Shown here in pieces: positions 54,352-64,000 of a stretch of 64,000 bases of DNA. The notes below the pieces were generated by a model, which saw only the letters and a list, made by a program, of their open reading frames with translations, had not been told where the DNA came from and did no database searches. Numbering within the stretch: position 1 is the stretch's first letter; each line of letters starts with the position of its first letter. The translations under genes were made by a program, and so were the position numbers. The DNA comes from Eledone cirrhosa (Eukaryota): assembly GCA_964016885.1 (NCBI GenBank), contig OZ024746.1, positions 7,812,001-7,876,000 on the forward strand, read 5' to 3'.

Positions 54352-54387
<36 letters not shown>

Positions 54388-55019
54388 CTCGCTCTCTCAA
54401 TCATCATCACCGTTTTACGTCCGTTCTTCCACGCTAGCATGGGTTGTCCTGTTGTGGGCAGTGTGCTTTCTTTCCGTGGCGCCTACACGTCCACTTTACA
54501 GTGTGGGCTGGGTGCTATTTTGTCGTGGCACCTCCATAACCACTTTGCAGTGGGAGGGAGTGGGGGCATATTGTCTATATGCTTCAGATTTGGCTTGTAC
54601 CTATGGGATATATATATATATATATATATATATGAAAATATGGGTGAGAAGAATACTGCTGGTTGCACATGGATAACATGTTATAAAATGAGTCCCTCAT
54701 CAGTGATTTACCAAATGATCATGGGTATTTCATCGCATTAAAAATCATATACCTCACGTTGGAGCGATAATAACTAAAATAAGTTATTAGGACAGTAGAA
54801 ACGCGTAAAGCGAGTGAGACAAGTAAACAACACAGGGGGAAGCTAACCGAAGATGGAAATAAACACAAGCAACATAGTTATTCTTTCAGCGTAAGCTGTG
54901 TGAATATATGAGCGAGTCAGTAAACAGACCTTTCGCTAGTGAATCCGGTGTTAGAAAGAATGTTATATATATATATATGTATGTATATATATATATATGT
55001 ATGTATATATATATATATA

Positions 55020-55340
<321 letters not shown>

Positions 55341-55611
55341 AGAGAGGGAGGTATGTGTGTGTATGTATATATATACACACACATACCTCTCTCTCTCTAT
55401 ATATATATATAGAGAGAGAGAGGTATGTGTGTGTGTATATATATCAGGATGAAATCAGTTTGAAACTAGTTAGACTATTACTAAACAGAGTACTCAATAT
55501 TTGGGGTAGTAGAGTATGGCTATATTATAAAGAGTCGGGAGCCGATGGCTGAGCTCTTGCTGTGGCAACAGCTAGTTCCAGTCTGGAAATACCGACTCTT
55601 TATTATATATA

Positions 55612-56047
55612 CTAGCAGAATGGCCCGGCGTTGCTCGGGACACTAAACATAGATTGGCATGTTTATCCCTCCTTTCTGAAACAGTTTCGTCATATGTTCA
55701 CCAATTGATGCAGAAGTCCTAATAAAAAGGGAAGTCCCCTTGGGTGAATAGGCAAATAATTTTCCATTAAGATTTTTCAAAAGCATGTAATTGCGTTCCC
55801 TCTCTTTTTTGTTGTTGTTTTTGCTGCTGTTGGTGTGATAGCAGCCATTGGCCGTACTACTAACACAGTCACGTCCTTCTTCAGCCAATCGTATATATCC
55901 CCTTCTGCCTCGTCAGCAGTGTGAACAATATTTGCTCTAGGGTTCTTATATATTTGATATATATTTATCCTTATCGAGCCTCATGAAATAAATACGTTTG
56001 TTTATATTTTGTTATTGTGTATGCAAAAATATCTGTACACGAATATA

Positions 56048-56087
<40 letters not shown>

Positions 56088-56481
56088 TATATATATATAT
56101 ATATAAATAACAGATTAAAGTTTAAGCGAAGAATCGCTGCTGTCACTCTTAATGGGATCTTCTGAAACTAAAAAATCGATCTGTGAACGCAGAAGTAAAT
56201 ATTTCGAAAAACGTAACACACTATATATATATATATATACACACACACACAGATAGTGTCATAATGTTGTAATGCAGACAGCCAGAGATACAGGCAGATA
56301 TTATAAGGATGCGACATTCGGTGCCTAATGCGGTTCCTACGGCATTGAAAATATGAAATTATTTTTACTCAAAACACTCACACGACCATAAGTATTACAT
56401 GTGTAAAGATTGAAAAGAATCGGTTGGGTGGTTCTCAAGTTTTAGGGAGTCAGACAGACATTCTCTGTTTTAGATATATAG

Positions 56482-56482
<1 letters not shown>
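55612..56482 (-). mobile_element. Non-autonomous Helitron, copy 2
   Basis: Same TC/CTAG termini, subterminal hairpin and A|T target. Confidence 0.8.
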
Positions 56483-56515
<33 letters not shown>

Positions 56516-56519
<4 letters not shown>

Positions 56520-56709
56520 ATAATAATAAATGTGAAAACTAAAATCCAAAGAAGGCTCGATAAGGATAAATATATATCAAATATATAAGAACCCTAGAGC
56601 AAATATTTATTAAAATAACAGATTAAAGATTAAAGTCTTCTGAGTATCAGAAGATCCCGTTAAGGGTGAAAGCAGCGATTCTTTGCTTGAACTTTAATCT
56701 GTTATTTTA

Positions 56710-56716
<7 letters not shown>
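56516..56716. mobile_element. Short fold-back insertion in (TA)n with degenerate hammerhead
   Basis: ATATTTATTAAAATAACAGATTAAAG...CTTTAATCTGTTATTTTAATAAATAT enclosing CAGAAGA-TCCC(GTTAA)GGGT-GAAA. Confidence 0.55.
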
Positions 56717-56756
<40 letters not shown>

Positions 56757-56859
56757 AGAAAAAAAGAGAATCTGTGATATCATACTCTGCTCCACGAGGG
56801 CATTAAGTGCTCATACGGCCTACCGCATACGGAAGCTTTAAGCATCCAACACCAATTAT

Positions 56860-57980
56860 CATCATCATTGTCATCATCACCGTTTTACGTCCGTTCTTCC
56901 ACGCTATCATGAGTTAGACGGGTTGTTCTGTTGTGGGCAGTGTCCGGTCGGCTGATCTTGTCTTGCTCATACGGGAACTGATTTTGGCTTGATTTCTACA
57001 GCTGGATGCCCTTCCTAACACCAACCTCATTTAGAGTGAGTGCTGGGTGTTTTTTTTATGTGGCGCCTACACGTCCACTTTACAGTGTGGGCTGGGTGCT
57101 TTTTTGCCGTGGCACCTCCACAACCACTTTGCAGTGGGAGGGGGTGCGGCATATTGTCTATATGCTTCAGCTTCAGCGTGTACCCGTGGGGGGTCGGGTC
57201 TTCTGTATTACTGCATGACGCCAGAGGTCACGGTCATGTGTCATCGCCTTTGAGAGGTGTAATTGGGTAAGGTCGGCTTTTATCACTTCATCCCAGGTCT
57301 TCTTGGGTCTCCTCACTCCGCAGTTTCCATTGACTTCTAGTGCTCTGCACCTTTTTATGCAGTTGTCATCCTTCATATGCATCACATATCCATACCAACG
57401 CAACCGCCTCTCCTGCACGCAGCATTTGATTCCTCTTATGCCCAGTCTCTCTCTCTCAATTCGTTTATGCTTTGCCGTTCGCGTATATTACTATTACACA
57501 TCCATCAGAGCATGCAAACTTCATTTCTTTCTTTCTAATCTACGCAAGTCTTCCACAGACAGCACCCAGGTCTCACTACCATGTAACATTGCTGTTCGGA
57601 TACACGCATCATACAGTCTGCCTTTCATTTTGAGGGAAAAGCCTTTTTCAGCTAGCAGTGGCAGTAACTCCCTGAATTTCTTCCATCCCGTTCTTACCCT
57701 AGTTATTGTACTTTCCGAACACCCACCTCCACTGCTAATTCGGTCACCTAGGTAGCAGAAGCTGTCTACTGTCTCTACAGAGCCCTCCCAGAGATTGGTG
57801 GTACTTGTTTCCTGTGGCTGTTTGCTGCTTGCTGTCCCAGCACAGCTGCTACATGTGAAGCCTACTTTCTTAGTTAAGCTTCCTGAGATCCTGCTACATC
57901 TCTTGTGTACCCATTGTTTGCATTTGGGGCAGAGAATGGAGTTCCTACCTACACCTTTCCTACATACTGAGCAAGGCAAT
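56860..57980 (-). mobile_element. 5'-truncated RTE-clade LINE (frameshifted C-terminus, 3' UTR, (GAT)n tail)
   Basis: CSVC..C.KC..WVH.RC zinc finger, FCYLG, LHGSETW, RRLRWYGYV, RPKKTW and DRDLWR. Confidence 0.9.
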
Positions 57981-58231
57981 TTCCCAATTATATATATATA
58001 TCATCATCATCATCGTTTAACGTCCATCTTCCACGCTAGCATGGGTTAGACGGTTTTGCTCCATTTTGCACGGAAGCGTCTCTGGCAGGTTTTTTTTACA
58101 GCTGGATGCCCTTCCTAACACTAACCACATTTGCAGTGTGGACTATATATATATATATATATATATATACAGTATATATATATATATATACAGTATATAT
58201 ATATATATACAGTATATATATATATATACAG

Positions 58232-58267
<36 letters not shown>

Positions 58268-60105
58268 AATATGTGTGTGTGTGTGTGTCTGAAAATCAAT
58301 CATAAGTCACACTACACAGAGGTAACTCGGTATCCACTATCAGCTTTTAATCACAGAATTAACTCTATCCTATCTGTCCAGCTCATGAACTTAAGGTAAA
58401 TACTGCTATATAATCACCATACCAATCGATATAATTAGATTAGTACAAGTTAGATATTTTGCTCTTGTGGTTTTCTCTTTTTTATCTTTGTTGTCTGACA
58501 TTTTCTTCATGGTTATTTATGGCCTCTCTCCCACTAATATGGCTTGTTACTAAGCAGTTATAGAGAAATCCCTTGGAAGGGATTTACTATAATCTTCTGT
58601 GTGTGTTGAGATCGTAGCAATAATTAGGAATAATTTATTTTATTTACATATCAAAATGTCTAACTTGACAACACTTCGAAATGTCTCGTTATCATCTTGG
58701 TTACATATTTTATTTTCTAGGTACCATCTTATCAACATCCCTACATATGCATACATAGATATATATACATACACACACATATACGTACACATATATACAT
58801 ACATATATACACATGCACACACACACACACACATATATACATACATATCATCATCATTGTCATTTTAACATCTGCTTTCCCTGCTAGCAAGGGTTGGAGG
58901 GGTCTACATAGACCAATTCAGTACTGAAGCAGGGTTACTGACTTCCCAGACAGGCTAGAGGTCTGTTATCTTGCTTACATATGGTCTCATGTTCTTCTGA
59001 GTGCACAGGAGAGGTTGTCATGTCTTTGACACAACTGAAGGGTCCTTGCAATCCTTTGTTTGACAAGCTTTCTATGGCTGAATACCCTTCCTACCACTAA
59101 CCACTATACATTTAGTGGAAGGAAATAGTATATTTCATTGACACTCAGTATATAACTGGTATTTAATTTTATTAACTTCAGACAGAAGAAAGGGAAAGTT
59201 GACTCAGTATTTGAACTCAGAATATTAAGGAAGGTAACAGACATTTCCTCTGTACCGTCTAAGTATCAATTACTCTGGTCATTATTCTTATATGGTCGCA
59301 GCTTGGTCAGTTGGTTAAGAAGTTCACTTCACAATTATTAGGTCCTGGGTTCAATCCCATTGTGTGACATCTTGGACGAGTGTCATTGACCATAGCTTTA
59401 GGTTGACCTATACCTTGTGAGTTATTTTGGGTAGACTGAAACTGTTTGGAAGCTTGTCAGATGGATTGTACCAGTAGTAATTCAAAGGGTCAGCTATGTC
59501 ACAAACTGTGTGACACTGAAGGACCCTAAGAATTAAGGGTACATTGTGTCTGTGAAATACTCAGCCACTTACATGTTAACTTCATGAGCAAGCTATTCCA
59601 TTGATGAAACAGTTGGAACACTCATCATAGACACCAACTTAAGTCCACTCCATTCTAATATGGCTTCGTGTTTCACTTCGTGTTTCATAGATCGTGAATA
59701 GTCCAGTTGGTCACATTGGTCATTAAATCCATACTATAGAGTTATGACATATAATTATTTAGTTAACTAGAGCAGAGTAATTGTTGTTGTTTTGTACTCT
59801 TTCATGGATGGATAAACAAACATTAAAAGCTAAGTAGCTTACTTAGAGTGAGTAATATGATAAAAACACAGACTTATACACACACACATACATACATACA
59901 CACAAACACATATACATACACACATATATAGGCACGTATTCACATACATATTGACACACTCAAACACATACACACACACACATGTTCAAAACATACACAA
60001 AGTTTAGTAATATCAGACAGGTTGACTTAAGGATATTCATTTGTGAGCTGATGCATATAGATGTGTATGTAAATGTATGTGAGTATATATATGTCTCTCT
60101 CTCTT

Positions 60106-60156
<51 letters not shown>

Positions 60157-60189
60157 ATGTATATATATATATATATGTGTGTGTGTATA

Positions 60190-60397
60190 TATAATAAAAA
60201 GGATGTGGTAAAATACCAGGTCGACCATAACCCACCAGAGTATTCAATACTTGGGGTAGAAGAGTGGGTAATATGAAAAGATTCAGGACCCCGACGGCTG
60301 AGCTCTGGCCATTTTCACATCTAGATCTGAACTGAGTTCAGATCTAGATGTTGAAACAGCCGGAGCTCAGCCGTTGGGGTCCTGAATCTTTTCATAT
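60190..60397 (-). mobile_element. Fold-back insertion, same family as 55020-55223
   Basis: Arms 60271-60333 and 60335-60397 around a 1-nt apex. The tail aligns with 55020-55098. Confidence 0.7.
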
Positions 60398-60514
60398 ATA
60401 TATTCAAAATAATGTGCGCACAGGACAAAGACAATGGAAAAAACAACAGAAAAACGAACAGATCCATCTCCTCTGTCAACCCCTGGAAATCACTCTGGTT
60501 TCAGTGTATCAAGA

Positions 60515-63500
60515 TTGAGGGTCATTAGTACAGGCTGGTGTTTGTTGAGGGTCATTAGTACAGGTTGGTGTTTGTTGAGGGTCATTAGTACAGGCTGGTG
60601 TTTGTTGAGAGTCATTAGTACAGGCTGGTGTTTGTTGAGGGTCATTAGTACAGGCTGGTGTTTGTTGAGAGTCATTAGTACAGGCTGGTGTTTATTGAGG
60701 GTCATTAGTACAGGCTGGTGTTTGTTGAGAGTCATTAGTACAGGCTGGTGTTTGTTGAGGGTCATTAGTACAGGCTGGTGTTTGTTGAGGGTCATTAGTA
60801 CAGGCTGGTGTTTGTTGAGAGTCATTAGTACAGGCTGGTGTTTATTGAGGGTCATTAGTACAGGCTGGTGTTTGTTGAGTCATTAGTACAGGCTGGTGTT
60901 TGTTGAGGGTCATTAGTACAGGCTGGTGTTTGTTGAGGGTCATTAGTACAGGCTGGTGTTTGTTGAGAGTCATTAGTACAGGCTGGTGTTTATTGAGGGT
61001 CATTAGTACAGGCTGGTGTTTGTTGAGTGTCATTAGTACAGGCTGGTGTTTGTTGAGGGTCATTAGTACAGGCTGGTGTTTGTTGAGGGTCATTAGTACA
61101 GGCTGGTGTTTGTTGAGAGTCATTAGTACAGGCTGGTGTTTGTTGAGGGTCATTAGTACAGGTTGGTGTTTGTTGAGGGTCATTAGTACAGGCTGGTGTT
61201 TGTTGAGAGTCATTAGTACAGGCTGGTGTTTGTTGAGGGTCATTAGTACAGGCTGGTGTTTGTTGAGGGTCATTAGTACAGGTTAGTGTTTGTTGAGGGT
61301 CATTAGTACAAGCTGGTGTTTGTTGAGAGTCATTAGTACAGGCTGGTGTTTGTTGAGGGTCATTAGTACAGGCTGGTGTTTGTTGAGAGTCATTAGTACA
61401 GGCTGGTGTTTGTTGAGGGTCATTAGTACAGGCTGGTGTTTGTTGAGAGTCATTAGTACAGGCTGGTGTTTGTTGAGAGTCATTAGTACAGGCTGGTGTT
61501 TGTTGAGGGTCATTAGTACAGGTTGGTGTTTGTTGAGGGTCATTAGTACAGGCTGGTGTTTGTTGAGAGTCATTAGTACAGGCTGGTGTTTGTTGAGGGT
61601 CATTAGTACAGGCTGGTGTTTGTTGAGGGTCATTAGTACAGGTTAGTGTTTGTTGAGGGTCATTAGTACAGGCTGGTGTTTGTTGAGAGTCATTAGTACA
61701 GGCTGGTGTTTGTTGAGGGTCATTAGTACAGGCTGGTGTTTGTTGAGAGTCATTAGTACAGGCTGGTGTTTATTGAGGGTCATTAGTACAGGCTGGTGTT
61801 TGTTGAGAGTCATTAGTACAGGCTGGTGTTTGTTGAGGGTCATTAGTACAGGCTGGTGTTTGTTGAGGGTCATTAGTACAGGCTGGTGTATGTTGAGAGT
61901 CATTAGTACAGGCTGGTGTTTATTGAGGGTCATTAGTACAGGCTGGTGTTTGTTGAGTCATTAGTACAGGCTGGTGTTTGTTGAGGGTCATTAGTACAGG
62001 CTGGTGTTTGTTGAGGGTCATTAGTACAGGCTGGTGTTTGTTGAGAGTCATTAGTACAGGCTGGTGTTTATTGAGGGTCATTAGTACAGGCTGGTGTTTG
62101 TTGAGTGTCATTAGTACAGGCTGGTGTTTGTTGAGGGTCATTAGTACAGGCTGGTGTTTGTTGAGGGTCATTAGTACAGGCTGGTGTTTGTTGAGAGTCA
62201 TTAGTACAGGCTGGTGTTTGTTGAGGGTCATTAGTACAGGCTGGTGTTTGTTGAGAGTCATTAGTACAGGCTGGTGTTTATTGAGGGTCATTAGTACAGG
62301 CTGGTGTTTGTTGAGTCATTAGTACAGGCTGGTGTTTGTTGAGGGTCATTAGTACAGGCTGGTGTTTGTTGAGGGTCATTAGTACAGGCTGGTGTTTGTT
62401 TAGGGTCATTAGTACAGGCTGGTGTTTAGGGTCATTAGTACAGGCTGGTGTTTGTTGAGGGTCATTAGTACAGGCTGGTGTTTGTTGAGAGTCATTAGTA
62501 CAGGCTGGTGTTTGTTGAGGGTCATTAGTACAGGCTGGTGTTTGTTGAGGGTTATTAGTACAGGCTGGTGTTTGTTGAGAGTCATTAGTACAGGCTGGTG
62601 TTTGTTGAGAGTCATTAGTACAGGCTGGTGTTTGTTGAGAGTCATTAGTACAGGCTGGTGTTTGTTGAGGATCATTAGTACAGGTTGGTCTTTAGGGTCA
62701 TTAGTACAGGCTGGTGTTTGTTGATGGTCATTAGTACAGGCTGGTGTTTGTTGAGGGTCATTAGTACAGGCTGGTGTTTGTTGAGAGTCATTAGTACAGG
62801 CTGGTGTTTGTTGAGAGTCATTAGTACAGGCTGGTGTTTGTTGAGGGTCATTAGTACAGGTTGGTGTTTAGGGTCATTAGTACAGGCTGGTGTTTGTTGA
62901 GAGTCATTAGTACAGGCTGGTGTTTGTTGAGGGTCATTAGTACAGGTTGGTCTTTAGGGTCATTAGTACAGGCTGGTGTTTGTTGAGAGTCATTAGTACA
63001 GGCTGGTGTTTGTTGAGAGTCATTAGTACAGGCTGGTGTTTGTTGAGAGTCATTAGTACAGGCTGGTGTTTGTTGAGAGTCATTAGTACAGGCTGGTGTT
63101 TGTTGAGGGTCATTAGTACAGGTTGGTGTTTAGGGTCATTAGTACAGGCTGGTGTTTGTTGAGGGTCATTAGTACAGGCTGGTGTTTGTTGAGGGTCATT
63201 AGTACAGGCTGGTGTTTGTTGAGGGTCATTAGTACAGGCTGGTGTTTGTTGAGGGTCATTAGTACAGGTTGGTGTTTAGGGTCATTAGTACATGCTGGTG
63301 TTTGTTGAGAGTCATTAGTACAGGCTGGTGTTTATTGAGAGTCATTAGTACAGGCTGGTGTTTGTTGAGGGTCATTAGTACAGGTTGGTGTTTAGGGTCA
63401 TTAGTACAGGCTGGTGTTTGTTGAGAGTCATTAGTACAGGCTGGTGTTTATTGAGGGTCATTAGTACAGGTTTGTGTTTGGTTTAGGGTCATTAGTACAG

Positions 63501-64000
63501 GCTGGTGTTTGTTGAGGGTGATTAGTACAGGCTGGTGTTTGTTGAGGGTCATTAGTACAGGCTGGTGTTTGTTGAGGGTCATTAGTACAGGCTGGTGTTT
63601 GTTGAGAGTCATTAGTACAGGCTGGTGTTTGTTGAGAGTCATTAGTACAGGCTGGTGTTTGTTGAGAGTCATTAGTACAGGCTGGTGTTTGTTGAGGATC
63701 ATTAGTACAGGTTGGTCTTTAGGGTCATTAGTACAGGCTGGTGTTTGTTGATGGTCATTAGTACAGGCTGGTGTTTGTTGAGGGTCATTAGTACAGGCTG
63801 GTGTTTGTTGAGAGTCATTAGTACAGGCTGGTGTTTGTTGAGAGTCATTAGTACAGGCTGGTGTTTGTTGAGGGTCATTAGTACAGGTTGGTGTTTAGGG
63901 TCATTAGTACAGGCTGGTGTTTGTTGAGAGTCATTAGTACAGGCTGGTGTTTGTTGAGGGTCATTAGTACAGGTTGGTCTTTAGGGTCATTAGTACAGGC
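60515..64000. repeat. 30-bp satellite (TTGAGGGTCATTAGTACAGGCTGGTGTTTG)n, runs off the window
   Basis: More than 110 units, with 28- and 26-bp deletion variants. Confidence 0.97.

Noticed and set aside
54634-54962. Hammerhead (CTGATGAG on minus at ~54700; GAAACGCGTA on plus at ~54798)
   Set aside because: The two halves are on opposite strands and neither completes a fold. At most a decayed PLE fragment.
60434-63927. LRVISTGWCL / MTLNKHQPVL repeat ORFs
   Set aside because: In-frame reading of a 30-bp satellite, broken by frameshifting units.
62400-64000. Telomeric repeat
   Set aside because: TTAGGG occurs only singly inside deletion variants of the satellite, never in tandem.

Overview
AT-rich animal non-coding DNA. 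The SINE families and (TA)n/(CA)n density suggest an octopus-like cephalopod; this is inference. I found no convincing host protein-coding gene. The only long ORF is a young, 5'-truncated Tx1/L1-type non-LTR retrotransposon (APE-RT-zinc knuckle) sitting in an (ATCT)n array. The rest is tRNA-derived SINEs, RTE, CRE-like and Penelope-like (PLE) relics, two Helitron copies, mariner- and piggyBac-type MITEs, and large micro/minisatellites. The most striking pattern is a set of about eight fold-back (hairpin) insertions from several unrelated sequence families, all in or against (TA)n tracts. Each has one arm extended by a short tail, often with a GAGTGC/GTGTTAC-like motif. Many carry a minimal type-I hammerhead ribozyme (CUGANGA...GAAA, usually with a palindromic stem III), which therefore occurs on both strands. 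All structures and coordinates were read by eye and may be off by a few bases.
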